64,000 nucleotides of DNA from Vicugna vicugna (GCA_013265495.1 MU058844.1:4207535-4271534); one strand, 5' to 3'; numbered from the stretch's first letter, positions 11,071 through 24,952 are shown. The notes: generated by a model not told the origin, from the sequence alone. Numbers and translations: made by a program.

Positions 11071-12129
11071 CTGTAAAATAAATTGTATCATATCAAAAAA
11101 TATAAATATGGTACTTATCTCAGAAATGGGAAGGTATCATGAATATAATTATGTGTATCTTTGCTTATATTTAAAATATGGAATGCTAAATCACAAAACA
11201 AAGTAAAGAATTACCTACGGAGAAAGAAGATAACTATGGAAGAGAAAAGCAAGCAGCTAAACTTCTCTGAATGTTTGGTAGATTAGTCTTGAGAACAATG
11301 TTTGGGTTCTAATTCTCACAATTTAACTAGAAAACATTTATGAAGCAATTCAAGAATATTGCTCTTTTTTTTTTTGGATATGAACAGTGACTTTAGTACC
11401 TATTTGTCTGTAAATAACCCCTAATAATTCTAATTCCAAGATGAACTCACTCAAACGTGGTATTTATGTTGGGTCATAAAGACGCTCTAGGATTTTAATC
11501 TCAGGGGAAAGGAAATCATGTATATAATTAAACATTTTCATGTACTAGTCATATAATGCAAAATATCTGCCATTTCAAATATTTTAAAATGTGTCAGCAT
11601 AACGCTCACTCTAAAAGCTTTCAGAATATAATGTAACTTTAAAGAATACTGTTCAAAAATAACTCACTCACTATTCCTAACTTTTTAGATGTTTGATGGT
11701 GAAAACTACTGTAACATAAATTATCTTCCTCTACTCTTCAGGAGCAGTTATTTTTTAATGGAAAACCGGGTCCTGCCATGCTTATCTCTTTACTGGAAGG
11801 CTTTCTTCGGTGGGAGAAAACGGGAGGAGAATGAAGCACTTGTTTGTAGCCGGTAATACTTTCAAGGACAGCTTTACATTCTAAACCATGATGTCATTAA
11901 ATGATTCACTTCAGAGGTAGAAAGCGAAGTTTTCTAAGACAAGTAGATACATTTATTAATTTTATAAAAATGAATTTTGCAATCTATACAATGGTAGTTC
12001 AAAGTTCATATATCTCAATTCTATGTGCTGTAGAGTTTACTGAAATATCGAGTCAAACGTGTTTGTTTTTCACTAAACTATTCATTCATTTTGGAATGTA
12101 AGTATATTCAAAAGCTTATTTTAAAGTGC

Positions 12130-13258
12130 CATGGTTCTGTACTTCTCACAGAGCAAAAGCCAAAGTTCTTTAATGGCCTCTGTGACTTGCCTTTTGACTT
12201 CTGTTTGACCTTACCTCCTACCACTTTGCTTTTGGCTCACTCTGCTACTGCTTCACTGAACTCCTTGGATGTTCTAAGCACACTCCAATCTTGGGGCTTT
12301 GGCACTGGCTGTGCTCTTGGCTTGGAACATTCTTCCTTCAGGTATCCATCCCAGTGGCTCCCTCTCTCACCTCTTCAAGGCTTTGCTCAAATGTCACCTT
12401 CTCAGGGAAGCCCAAACTCTGCACCTATTTCCAACAGCAACCTGCCCCCTTTCTAATCCCAGAATTCAGACCAACTGAGTGTGTTCTGAATTTTTTTTTC
12501 CGTAGCCCTTATCACCCTCTAACACAGAGGCTCCCAAACTTTATGAGTTCATGATGCCCTTGTTCTCTCCATTTTTCCACAGTACCTCTGGCCAAAAGAA
12601 ATATCTAACAATTCCATTTATTAAATTGTTTAGTCCAAACAACTTAAGTATTTATGTTCTAATAATTTAATAACGATCTGAAAAAGTAATATCCATCATT
12701 AAAATAATATTTACAGTTCATTCTTCATTATGATTACTTACTAAAGGGATGCGAGTGTTGGTTGGACCTTGAATGGCTTTTCAACACTTGGAATCCTAAT
12801 GGACAACACCACCCTCATTTCCTGATGCTCACTGGTTTTTGTAAAGCGTCTGCTTGTTATTACGGCAACCACTGAAAAGCTGGCCCTGAAAAGATGTGAT
12901 GTCACTGAAAGAAATTTGGCATGATCTAATGAAATTTGGACCTACCTCATCTAGTAATGTGTATACTATCTAATAGATGTTGCTCTTTCCCTTGAAAATT
13001 TAGAAAACCTGCATTTTCTCTGTAATTTTGCTGCAGGACTTCAGGATGCCTCGGTATACAGTTTGGGAACCATGGCTCCGACATAGCATATAATTATTTA
13101 TTAGGTATTTCATTGAGTGTCTTTTCCACCGCATCCCTCATGATAGAATGTACTCAAGAACTAGAATCTGTGCCTGTTTTGTTCTCTGATAAATTCTAAG
13201 CACTGTGAAAAATTCTGGCATAGGTAGCTTTTCAGCACACATTTGTGGCATAAATAAT
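12130..13258 (+). mobile_element. L2a 3' region, split by MER119
   Basis: ttgctcaaatgtcaccttctcagggaagcc lies upstream of the insert; the L2 tail ...ctggcataggtag...catttgtggcataaataat lies downstream. Confidence 0.8.
12525..13075. mobile_element. MER119-like hAT-Charlie non-autonomous DNA transposon, full length
   Basis: TIRs cagaggctcccaaact / agtttgggaaccatgg; 8-bp TSD ctctaaca (12517-12524) / ctccgaca (13076-13083). Confidence 0.85.
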
Positions 13259-13890
13259 TATTGGTCATTTATGTTTCTTTGTCTGTGAACCTTTTATTTA
13301 TATCTTTGCCAGATTTTCATTCAGGCCTTATCTTTTTATTGGTTTGTGAATATTTTTGCATATCCAGGAAATCAGCCTTTGTTTATTATATTTGCTCAGC
13401 AAATATTTTTCTCAAATTGTCTTTTGACATTTTATGATAATTTTTGCTGCAGAGATACTTTAAATTTTTATAGAATCAATTCTGCCATTTCCTTTTCTTT
13501 ATGGCCTATAGGTGATATTTTATGTTTAAACAGATTTTGTCTATTTCATGATCCTAAATAAATTTTTAAAAAGGTCTCTAATTTTTTCTAACTTACTAAT
13601 ATTATTTATATAATTTTTATTAGATATTATTATATATATATTTTATTAGAGCTCTAAGAGATCGAGCTTGAACTTCATCCAAATGGCTAGCCAGCTGTCT
13701 CAACACTGCCTATTAAATAATTGATTTTTCCCCACTGCTTTGAAATAACAGCTTTGCCACACACTAAATCCCCATGTGTATTTTGGCTCTATTTCTAGAA
13801 CTGTCAATTCAATTTTAGCTGTCATTTTGTTCCTTCTCAAGCACTAACCTCATTGACTTACTGTGATCTTGAAAACTGTTTTTAGTTTTG
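13259..13890 (-). mobile_element. Old L1 (L1ME-like) ORF2 fragment
   Basis: T-rich antisense L1 phrases, e.g. ccaaatggctagccagctgtctcaacactgcctattaaataa. Confidence 0.65.
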
Positions 13891-16284
13891 TTTCACAAAT
13901 GAATGGATTTTTAATTTGGGAGGCATAAAATATTACCCTTTGAAACTATCCCTTAAGAGTTAACTCTAACAAAACAACTTGGCAAGAATTAGAAATCACA
14001 ATTCAAAGAGGACCTAAACAAAAGTTCTCCAGGAGACTTCTTTTTTGTCCATTCAACTATTTATCACAGTTCCGGATATACTGGGGGCACATAGAATTTC
14101 AATAAAACAAATAACCTTCTAACACTGGAAAGAGGGCAGCATGAATGAACTTCTTATACATGAAGTACAGTAAAGACAAGTAATGACTGGATTTTTCTGT
14201 ACACGACCAGCAACCTAGTCATCCTGTCGTGATCTTTTAAACACAAGGACAGTGATGTCATGAGCTCTGTCTTGTTCTCAGTGAATACTCCAAAATCTCA
14301 CAATGCACAATTAGAACCACAAAGCAAAATGTTGGTAATCTCTTATTTTTAATAATACTTATAAATGGACTTTGCTCATATCAATGTATTTGATAAGAAG
14401 CACCACTTTTAAAGCATGAAATATAATAACTAAAGAGCATAATTATCCTCTAAAGACTCAAAACTTTTATGCATCTACTTGAATTCAAAAGAGACATCCA
14501 TATTTGCATATACATATGAAAAAAATTTAAGGTAGTTTTTGGTAATTTGATATAAATAGACATTCAAAATGTTAAGACTGGCTAAAAAAGATTTCAAGAA
14601 TTTCAGCACCCAGCCCAGGTGCTCTCACAAGTAATTCTATTTCCTTTTTGCCTGTCGCTCTACACAAATATATTAGAAGCAGACAAGACCCAAAAATACA
14701 GATTAGAAAGGGTTTTTTCTTTCCTTCATACATATGGGAGACATGGGCTCTTGGTCAACAACAAATACAAAGCAATTTTCTTCACTCTTGGTAATGTAAC
14801 ATGCTTTTTTGAGCTAATGGAAAAATATTCCTTGGAAACCAACCACAACCATCCCTCTTACTTATAACTAGTAACAAACAGACACAATGTGTAACAGTAC
14901 AAGTACATCAGTTAAAGTAAAGGGTCTAAGAACAGAAAGGCATTATGTACAGTTTTTCATCAAATTTAAATAACTACATCCCAAGCACCCATTTTTTTAC
15001 CCCCTGATTTCAGAAGATTCTTGTGTGTAACTACTTAGTCTGTGGCATGAGACAGTTTTAGACTAATTAACAGTATTATGTGTATGATTTTATTCCTAAA
15101 GTTATCATTGAAATGTCTGGGACATTTATATCAGTGAAAATATAATTCTGAAAGCACAGTCAGGTAGAAGCATTCCCAGATTCTATAGAAAAATGGACAA
15201 AGCTGGGATGTTTCCTGTGCCAATTAGCAGTTTCACTGAGCAAGAAGGAAGTGTGTCTAAAGATGCCTGAATGAGAACCCAGCAAGCTCAGTATTTGAAT
15301 GAGAACAACCCAGCAAGCTTTCTCGGGCTTTTGGCACCACAGAGGACACAGTAAAGAGTTCCCAGGAAGGTCACCCGATTTCAATGAGCCAGAGGAATTA
15401 GGTGGGAGGGAAAGCAGTTGTGTGGCTTGTTCCCTTCAGCACACGTCCAGGGAGGACATTGGCCAATGCCTGGCACCATAGGGCTTATAAATATTTTCTA
15501 GCTCAGCTTGTGAATACAGCTTTTCAAAACACTGGACAAATGAAGTGCAAAGGAGTAAGTTCAGTAAAATCTATGAACTGTATGAAAATTCAATGAAGTT
15601 ATAAATTTGTACGTGGAAGTCACACACACGCCTCAAACATATAATTTGATTCAGATTCAGGGGATAAGTTTTTTTAACTATGGGATGCTTAGCTGATGAT
15701 GTGTCTATGCTGTTACTCAGACATTTGGGAAATGACTAACTTTTCAATGTTTTAGCAATACTTCCATTTTAATGGAGACATAAAGCATTATAGCAGAGCT
15801 GGTGTCATTTTAGATGTTTAACTGACACACTTGATTAAGTTAGGACTCTGTCCTTCCTTAGATCTTAATTCATTTAAAAATCTAGGGACAAACTATTCTT
15901 TTTTTTTTAAACCGTACCCTGTATTTATTTACCTATGTGCAAGTTTAACTTCTTTTTTTATCTTTATACACTCTACTGTCTTTTATCAATTAAGTGTTGC
16001 TCGTCTACAAAATTAAGTTTAATGTAATCATTCAGATTACGCTTAGCACATTCACTTTTCTTATGCCTGATGAAGAGAATAAAACTAATTCAACAAATAT
16101 ATGATATCCCATTAAGTCTCTCAAACCCTTGCAAGTCAGAAGGATATTAAGATAAACGAGTTGCAGCTTTTTCAATCAAAAGGGGAAGAGATACCACAGA
16201 TAAGCAAACCATTAATAATCACATAGTGTGATAAATGTTTCCCAAAGTCTATTCTCAAACCATCAACCAGAACAAGCCCTTAGA

Positions 16285-16816
16285 AAAAGAGGTCAGATCC
16301 TACCCCTTCTCTGCCCAAGCTGTCTTATTGAGAGCCAGCGGTGTACAAGGTCCGGTATGATCTAGTCCCCATTTTTAATTTGACTTCCCTCTTCTACCAC
16401 TCACCCTCTCTCACTTCTGTCCCAGCACACTGGCATACTTGCCTTTCAAAGGCACACTGACATTGAGCCTGATACAGACGCTCCTGACTTATCTTTCTCC
16501 CAGATATCCACCTACTTCCTTATCTCTTTTAAATCTTCCAATTCCACCTTTTTAGTGAGACCTTCCCTGACCACCCTATTTTACAGTCTCTCCCCAGCAC
16601 TTGCTATCTTTTTCCAAGATTTATTTATTTCCATAAGAATTTATATCCCTCCACATGGTACATTTTGTTGGTGATTAGTTTCTGTCTTGCCCTCCAGAAT
16701 ATAAGCTCTATGAGGGCTGAGGTTTTTGTCAACTTGCTAATTTCTGTGTTTCTAGTGCCCATAAAAGAATCAGATACATACAAAATGCTCAATAAATGCA
16801 TGTGTTGAATAAATGT
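16285..16816 (+). mobile_element. L2a 3' end, flanked by an antisense L2 fragment (~16140-16240, ~16820-16990)
   Basis: gagaccttccctgaccaccctattt...agaatataagctctatgaggg...tgctcaataaatgcatgtgttgaataaatg. Confidence 0.85.
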
Positions 16817-16996
16817 CTACTTGAAGTAAGAACTAGGTGAAATGGGAGAGAGAATAAAAGCCTAAATGATTGTTGCTCATGGGATAAAGAAGGCTTTATA
16901 GAGGTTGTAACAATTTAGTTTGTCTTTAAAAGAAGAGTACATATTTTCCAGTTATAGAAATGGGGGGAGGAGAGCCACCTAATCATGAAGAACAGT

Positions 16997-17530
16997 ATAT
17001 TAGGATGCTTTGAACAGCTAGTGATAGAAAACCTGACTCAGAAGGGTCTAGTCAATGACAAGTTACACTGACTCATTAACTGAAGGTCCTGAAGTCATGC
17101 AGTCACCATGACTGGCTTCATGCAGGGGGCTCGAGCACTCTTTCTCTGTGATACCTCATCTTAGGCCAAGTGGCTTTGTCCTCAGGCTGGCTTCCCTCAT
17201 CAGGCCAAAACAGCTGTAATGGTTCAAGATTCAAACCCTTACACTACAGTACCAGAAGGAAAGGAGACAGTGCTCAGAAAAATGGTACCCTTCTCTCTCA
17301 GATCTCAAGCCTATTCTTAAACCAGTCACTTTGCTATGGATACACCATAGACTAACTGATTTACACTTGGTTTATATGACTCAATCACAATGACAAGTGG
17401 AAATGCATTACTATGTTTGGATTAAAGTAATCACAGCAACCCTTGGATCTGCAACAACAAAGGGGGCTCAGGATTAGAGGACGTATATTGGAAAGGAAGG
17501 TTATAAAGAAATTCTGTAAAAGATCGAATC
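16997..17530 (-). mobile_element. Old MaLR LTR (MLT1K/L-like)
   Basis: ttaggatgctttgaacagctagtgatagaaaacctgactca...ggctttgtcctcaggctggcttccctcat. Confidence 0.55.
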
Positions 17531-17589
17531 AAGAAGCTTGTGGGGAATTTAGGAAAGAGTAGAACCAATTCTTTCTCAGAGACAGAAAG

Positions 17590-18052
17590 TATAGTGGATT
17601 TTTGTCGTGTTTTGATTGCTTGGCATTCGTCATCCCTTGTTCGTAGCACCCTAACTCTCTTTGGGGGAAAGATTGCTTCTCCATTGGTTACAGTCTGATG
17701 GGTGTCTAAGTGGAAACCCTGCTTCCACCGAGCCAAGAAGTAACTTCTGTAATCCAAGCTAAGTCACTTGGATGCTCTCTTCCTGAAGGCTTGGTAGTGG
17801 GCAGAGTGACAAGAGACTAGAAACAGCTGGCTTCATCCCAGAGGTCAGCCCCGGATCACCAAGCTGTTTTTGCTATCAAAGAGACTGCTCTATAATTCTC
17901 CTGTGGCTTCCTTAGTTCCCATAAATTTCCAAGTCCACATCTCCAGGCATCTTTATGATACTATAATCTCACAATATCTTTCTGATAAATTCCATTTTTC
18001 TTCAGGAGAATCCATTTGTGTCACCCTATCCAAAGAACTTTAGCTGATAACA
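17590..18052 (+). mobile_element. ERVL solo LTR (LTR16-like)
   Basis: 3' end gataaattccatttttc...ccaaagaactttagctgataaca resembles the LTR16 terminus. Confidence 0.55.
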
Positions 18053-18054
18053 GA

Positions 18055-19310
18055 GGGAGAGAGAAAAATGATGAAAGAATAATGTTAGAAAGAGTAAACA
18101 GTAAAATTGAGAATGTTCTTCTAAGATAGACAAATTCTAGGTTACATAAAAACTAGGTTATCATTTTTGTGAATCAGGAGCTTAAGAAGAACTATTAAAA
18201 AAAAACACTCTTACTGAAAGGAATGTGTAAGGGAGTGACTAAGAATGATTAAAGAATTGCTTATCTCATTGAGGCTGAAGAACATAACATTTTATTGGAG
18301 CCAGGCCAACGTAATTATGGAATTTTCTTTAACAGTATTTAGAAATCCTGGACTAGAATTAAAGAATGCAAATCAGTAGGCTGATCTAGATTCAGGGATT
18401 AGTGGAGTACATAGTCCATTTAACAGGGATTAATGGTGTACATAACCCTCTTAACAGTCAAGGTAGTAAGAATGAAGTGGGTTGATGAGTATATACATGA
18501 TGGACCCTCGGATTCTGCCTAGGTAGGAAGTTCTCTGTATCATATATATGGGGAGGGGTGCAATCAGTAACACCTTCACTTATAAGGCTGTGGCAAGGAT
18601 AGGATTCAGGATCAAACCGAATTTCGGAAAGGATGTTCATTCAGATGGCTATAGGCAGCACAGATCAAGTTAAAATAGTCTATGATCCAAGGGTTAATAA
18701 GGTAACAATCCTAAATTCTGAAAGCCCAGAGAGTAATAAAATGCATAAATGTAAAAATTAGTGATAAATTCAGAAACCTGAGGGAGTTGGAGCAGACTGA
18801 GGTATGGTGTGATCCAACAGACCTGGAGAAAGTTTATAGCACCAACAAACAGGGTTTTCCCTGCTTACTCAAAGTGCTTCTGATAGGCAGAAAACAAAGC
18901 TTAGACTCTAATAAACTGAAAGATAAAAATAAATAAACTGGGGAAAGGGAAGCTAATAATGAAAGCAAAAAGCAGAATTATTAAAACTGAGGAAGTAGAA
19001 GAGATGGAGGGTTCATTTAGAGAGAGGAATCTTGGGGTTCAAGATATTAGTATAGGCAGCATGTGAGTGGTTAGAGATGAAGGTTATTAAGGTGAATTAG
19101 ATCAAGGAAATGGACCTAGAGAATTAAATAAGTCATAAAGAGAAATTAAGTATGATTGTTGGAAAGTTACTAAGAAGAAAGAGTGAAAAGAAAATTTGAC
19201 ATCTTTGGTGAAAATAGTTGCTGATAGATCAGTCAATGATAAAGGGACACATTGGGAGATGACAGCCAATGGAGTAATGATTGAAACTGCAGAGAGCATA
19301 GACAAGTACA
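18055..19310 (-). mobile_element. Probable highly degraded internal L2 sequence
   Basis: Purine-rich on the + strand with L2-antisense-like phrases; recognition is weak. Confidence 0.35.
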
Positions 19311-19327
19311 GAAGAATTATACTAGGA

Positions 19328-19927
19328 AAATAGCATGGATCTCTCTCAAAAAACTAAAAATAGAACTACCATATGACCCAGCAATTCTACTCCTGGGTAT
19401 ATATCCAAAAACAAAAACAAGAACACTAATTTAAAGGGATACATGCACCCCAATGTCATTGAAGTATTATTCATAGTTGCCAAGATATGGAAGCAACCTA
19501 AGTGTCCATTAACAGATGTATGGGTAAAGAAACTGTGGTATATATATATAATGGAATACTACTCAGCCAAAATAAGAACAGAATATTGCCATTTGCAGCA
19601 ATATAGGCTTGGAGGGTATTATGCTAAGTAAAATAAGCCAGACAGAGAAAAATACTGTATGATATCACTTATATGTAGAATCTAAACAAAATATAACAAA
19701 CTAGTGAATATGACAATAAAGAAGCAGACTCACAGATATAGAGAACAAACTAGTGGGTACTGGCAGGGGAAGGGCAACATACGGGTAGAGGAGTGGGAAG
19801 TACAAACTAATAGGTTTAAGATAGGCTACAAGGATATGTTGTACAACATGGGAACTGCAGTCAACAGTCTGTAGTAACTGTAAATCGAAAATGATCTTTA
19901 AAATTATATACAAAATTTTTTAAAAAA
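19328..19927 (+). mobile_element. 5'-truncated cetartiodactyl-type L1 (ORF2 end, 3'UTR, A tail)
   Basis: aaaatagaactaccatatgacccagcaattctactcctgggtatatatcc; ORF 19443 ...IVAKIWKQPKCP... Confidence 0.9.
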
Positions 19928-20289
19928 TCCTGGTTTTGTAGTAAATGTGTCTGTTCTTATTTTGTCTTTCCTTTCCTCTCCTTTCCTTGATCTTTGGGTC
20001 AACCTTCTTGAAATGAAGTGATGCCCCTGGTCATATGAAACCCACATCATTATTGTGAGAAACAAGTCTCCCTTATATTATCATATTCCTTCCACAGGTT
20101 TAGTTTCATCATCACAAATTTTCCCCAAGTGCTTAGGAAACAGTGCAGAGGATGTTGAATTCCCTGGCCTGTGAGATGGCTACAGAGGAGGTGGGAAAGC
20201 TCTCAAAATAGGTGCAGAAAAGGTGCTGGGCACAGCAGTTGAGTGAGGGGTACAGAGCCTTGGGAGTGATGCCTGGGAGAAGGATAAAT

Positions 20290-20525
20290 AGCATCCTGAG
20301 AACATAATTCAGATGCTTTTGCCTCTGCCACTTCACTGTGTGAGCTCGATCAGGCTCCTTATGTCTCTGAGCCTGTTACACCATCTTTAAAACAACTAGT
20401 AATACTTTTTCATTACTGAAGTTAATCTATGTATATAAAATAAGACCAATAATTTTTTCCTCACTAGGTATTTCCAGGATGGGAGCAGGCCACTGAGCAC
20501 ATAGTAAGTGCTCATGAAACTGCAG
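20290..20525 (+). mobile_element. MIR SINE
   Basis: gcctctgccacttcactgtgtga...tctctgagcctgt...catctttaaaa core; cacatagtaagtgctca tail. Confidence 0.6.
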
Positions 20526-20814
20526 CTTAAAACAAAAATCTAACAAAGTGGATCCAAATAGCTTTGTGTTTCTAATTTCTATTTCTTTTCTGTTTTAACT
20601 GCCTGTTTTTCAAAATGCCTTCTAATTTACTTTGTTCTCACTTTTCTTTTTTTAAACATGACCCGTTCAGCCTATGGCCATATTTTCAATCATTTATTTC
20701 TTATTGTACATCCTGTATCATAGCATAGAGAGCATACTATACTATAGTCATAGTTTTTTCCTTGACAATGTAAATTCAATAGCTATTATGAAATGAGTAA
20801 AAAAAATTCAAAAT

Positions 20815-21405
20815 AGAAAACATATAAAACCACTCTCTTGCTCTCAACTCTCCAATGACTTCCCATCATACTAAGGAAGACAATGTAAGTAACTACCATG
20901 CACTGTAAGACTCCCTTCACCTGACCATGACTATCTCTAACGTAATTTCCTTTGGCCCCACCCCTCCACCCCTCCACCCCTACCCCTCCCCTAGTTCCCT
21001 CTGTGCTAGCCCCTTGCTGTTTCAGGAACATTCCAAATACATCCTCCTCTCCTATTACTTGATTTTGCTCTTCATTTCTCCTGCAATGTTCTTTCCCAGA
21101 TATTTGGATGGTCAGCTCCCTCACTTCCTGACTCTCTTGAAATGTCACATTTTCACATAAAGCCTCTCTGATCAACCTATCTAAAGGAACACACCTGCCT
21201 CCTCATTCAATCCCTTTCCTGCTTTTTTTTTTTCTCTCATGACATTTATCACTACCAGACATTACAAGTTTACTTATACATTATCTATCTTCCTCACTAG
21301 AAGGTAAGCACCATGAGGGTAGAGAAATTGTGCATTTTAATTAATCCATTTCCTAGTGCCTAGAACACCACAATGTATATGGCAGACACTCAGCAAACAT
21401 TAGTT
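20815..21405 (+). mobile_element. L2a 3' end
   Basis: cactagaaggtaagcaccatgagggtaga...cctagtgcctagaaca...cactcagcaaacatt. Confidence 0.85.
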
Positions 21406-21454
21406 CTAATTTATTATTTTTTCTTAATTGGCTTAGGTAGATCAGATCAATATC

Positions 21455-23780
21455 CAAAAACAAACTAACCTCTGGAACTAAGTGAGTACTAACAGCAAAG
21501 TTGCAGGATACAAAGTGTTTTAGTCCATTTGGGCTGATGTAACAAATACCACAAACTGGATGGCTCATATACAACAGAAATGTATTTCTCACATTTCTGG
21601 AGGCTAAGGAGTCCAAGATAAAAGTACCAGCAGATTTGGTGTATTGTGAGGACCTCTTCCTGGTTTGCACATGGCTATCTTCTCCTTGCAAAAGTGGCAG
21701 AAGGGGATCTCTTTTATAAGGGCATTAATCCTATTCATGAGGTCTCTACCTTCATGACCTAATTACCTCCCCATGACCCCACCTCCTAAATTCCTCACAT
21801 TGGGAGTTAGATTTCAACATATGAATTTTGAGGGGACACATTCAGTCTATTACACAAGGTTATTAAACAAAAGTCAATCACTTTTCCATATACTAGCAAT
21901 GATCAAACAGAATTTGACAATAAAAACATTTACATTAGCATTCCTCCCACATGAAATACTTTGGTATAAATCCAACAAAATATGTATAAAATCTACATAA
22001 GAAAAACTACAAAACTCTGATGGAAGAAATAAAAAATAATAAATAAATGGAGAGAAAGTCCAGGTTTATAAATAGGAAGATTGAATACTGTCAAGACGTC
22101 AGTTCCTCCCAACTTGATACATAAATTTAATGTTATTCCAATCACAATTTCAGTAAATTATTTTGTGGATATCAACAAGTTGATTCTAAAATGTATATGG
22201 AAGGACAAAAGACCCAGTATAGCCAACTCAATATTGAAGGAGAAGAAAAAAGTGGGAAGATTGATAATACCCAATTTCAAGACTTGCTATAAAGCTATAG
22301 TAGTAAAGGCAATGTGATATTGGTGAAAGAACAGACAAATTGATCATTGGGACAGAACAGGCAGCTCAGAAATAGACCCACTTAAATACAGTCAAGTGGT
22401 TTTTTGACAGAGGAATAAGTCAACACAGTGGATCAATAGTAGTCTTTACAATAATGCCACTGGAACAACTAGACATCCACATGCAAAAACAATGAACCTA
22501 AATACAGATGTTACAGTCTTCACAAAGGTTAACTCAGAATGGATAACAGACCTAAATCAAAACACAAAACTGTTAAACTCCTAGAAGGTAACACAGAAGA
22601 AAACCTAAATGATCTTGGGTATGGCAAATATTTTTTAAAACACAACACCAAATGCATGATCCATCAAAGAAATTATTCATAAGCTAGGTTTCAATAAAAT
22701 TAAAAAGACAATGTCAAAAGAATGAGAAGACAAGTCATACACTAGGAGAAAATATTTACAAAAGACACATCCAATAAAAAACTATTACCCAAGATAGACA
22801 AAGAACTCTTAAAACTCAACAATAAGAAAACAAGCAACTTGATTAAAAAATAGTCATCTAACTGAAGAATATAGAGGCAAATAAGCAAATGAAATGATGC
22901 TCCAATCATACACCACCAGGGAAATGCAAAATAAAACAATGATGAAATACCACCACATTCTTATTAGAATGGCCAAAATCCAGAACACTGATAACATCAA
23001 ATGCTGTCGAAGATGTGGAGCAACGGGAACTCTCATTCATTGCTGATAGGAATATGAGATAATACAGCCAGTTTGGAAGTAAGTTTGGCAGTTTTTTGTA
23101 AAACTAAACATACTTCACCATACAACCAAGAAATTCTTTCCCTTGGTATCTGCTTAGAAGAGTTGAAAATTTATGTCCAAGTAAAAATCTTCACACTGAT
23201 TTTTATAGCAGCTTACGTATAACTGGTAAATCCTGGAAGCAACCAAGTTCAGACAGTGGAATGTTACTCAGCACTAACAAGAAATGAGCTATAAAGACAT
23301 GAAAAGTCATAGAGGAAAGTTAAATGCATACTACTAAGTGAAAGAAGCCAATCTGAAAAGGCTACATACTGTTATCATTCCAAGTATATGACATCCTGCA
23401 AAAGGCAAAACTATAGAAAAGGTAAAAAGATTAGTGGTTGCCAGGGTTTGGAGGAGGGACGAACAGGCAGAGCACAGGGTAATCAAAATACGATGTATGA
23501 TCTTACAACAGTAGATACATGTTGTAACAAATTTGTCTAAACCCATAGAATGTAAAACACCAACAGTGAATCCTAATATAAATTATGGACTTGGGATAAT
23601 AGTGATTTGTCAATATAGGTTCATCAATTATAACAACTGTACTACTCTGGTGGGGGATGTTGATAATAAGGGATAATGTGTGTGGGGGCAGGGAGCATAT
23701 GGAAAATCTCGGTACCTTCTGCTTAACATAGCTGTGAACCTAAAACTTCTCTAAAACATGAGATCTATTAAAAACAAACA
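21455..23780 (+). mobile_element. L1MC1/2-like LINE, ~2 kb of ORF2 3' half plus 3'UTR, interrupted by MLT1A
   Basis: ORF 22081-22317 (...IPNFKTCYKAIVVKAM) is decayed L1 ORF2; 3'UTR ends gctgtgaacctaaaacttctctaaaa. Confidence 0.9.
21516..21854 (-). mobile_element. MLT1A/MLT1A0 solo LTR
   Basis: TG...CA ends, typical MLT1A body, 5-bp TSD caaag / caagg. Confidence 0.85.
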
Positions 23781-24239
23781 AACCAAAAACTCAACCTAAG
23801 ATATTCAAGAAATAATTCTCTTGTTTTAACAAGAAATTGTATCTTGGAGATCAGAATGACTCTCTTATTTATAACCTTATCAGGCTGGTCAAAAGAGTCA
23901 TCACTTAAGTAGTTCACTAGAGAAGTTGATGACAGCTGTACACTTTCTAAAAATCAATTTAAGTGACCTATTTCCAAAGGCACATATTTTTGATATGTGA
24001 CTTTTACATTTTCAGTCCTTACAATTGTAAAATACTTGGCACACCAATACTCCTCAGAATGTTCTTGCTAACATACAACAAGTTTCCATTCCAAAGTTGC
24101 AGGAGGAATCTAAGTTATTCTGCTAGATAAATATCATAGACTTTGGAAAATAAAATTGGTACGCTTCTTGAATACTTGTCAACAAAGTGTTACCATTACA
24201 AAAAAGAACTGGACTCAATAGGTCTCAAAACTACTCTAG

Positions 24240-24400
24240 CTAGCATTTATACAGCTATAATCTTGTGCCAGGCCATATGCTGAGTATTTTCCATATGTTT
24301 TATTTCAATATCCTAACAATTTAGGAGATAGCTACAATGATTATATTTTACAGATGAGGAATAGAGAAATTAAGTTCTTGTTTAAACCTAGTAAATGAAT
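24240..24400 (-). mobile_element. MIR SINE
   Basis: tgtgccaggcc...attttacagatgaggaa core. Confidence 0.7.
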
Positions 24401-24952
24401 GAATTGAGTTGAAATAGCATTCCCCCATAATTCATAACCACTCAGAATCTCAGCATATGACCTTATTTAAAAAGTCGGGGGAGGGTAATAGCTCAGTAGC
24501 AGAGTGTGTGCTTAGCATGCATGAGGTCCCCAGTAACTCCATTAAAAAATAAATACATAAACCTAATTACTCCCCCAATTTTTTTTAATTTAAAAATAAA
24601 AATAGGGTCTTTGCAGGTATAATTTTAACGTGGGCCCTAAATCCAATGACTGGTATGCTTATAAGGAGGCCACGTGAAGACACAGAGACACACAGGGAAT
24701 GGAGCCGTGATGACAGAGGCGGAGGCTGGAGTGAGCCATGTGTGAGCCAAGGAACGTCAGGGATTGCAGAGCCACCAGAAACGAGGAGAGAGGCGTGGGA
24801 CGGATTCTCCCTCAGAACCTCCAGAAGGAATCAACTCTGCTGACACTTTGATTTCTGACTTCTAGCCTCCAGCATGGTGAGAGAATACATTTCTGGGTCT
24901 TAAGCCACCCAGTTTGTGGTAATTTATTACAGCAATCCTAGCAAAGAACTAC
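24401..24952 (+). mobile_element. MLT1C-like solo LTR with a nested SINE
   Basis: gaccttattt..[SINE]..aatagggtctttgcag; agccaaggaa; ttctccctcagaacctccagaaggaa; taagccacccagtttgtggtaattt. Confidence 0.85.
24477..24600 (+). mobile_element. tRNA-Ala-derived camelid SINE (vic-1-like) lacking the B box
   Basis: GGGGGAGGGTAATAGCTCAGTAGCAGAGTGTGTGCTTAGCATGCATGAGGTCCCCAGTAACTCC: A box and AGC anticodon loop (24514-24516) present, GGTTCAATCC absent; followed by an A-rich linker and CCTAATTACTCCCCC. Confidence 0.8.

Noticed and set aside
24477..24541. Possible functional tRNA-Ala gene
   Set aside because: T-arm/B box is missing, it has a SINE-type tail, and it sits inside an LTR.
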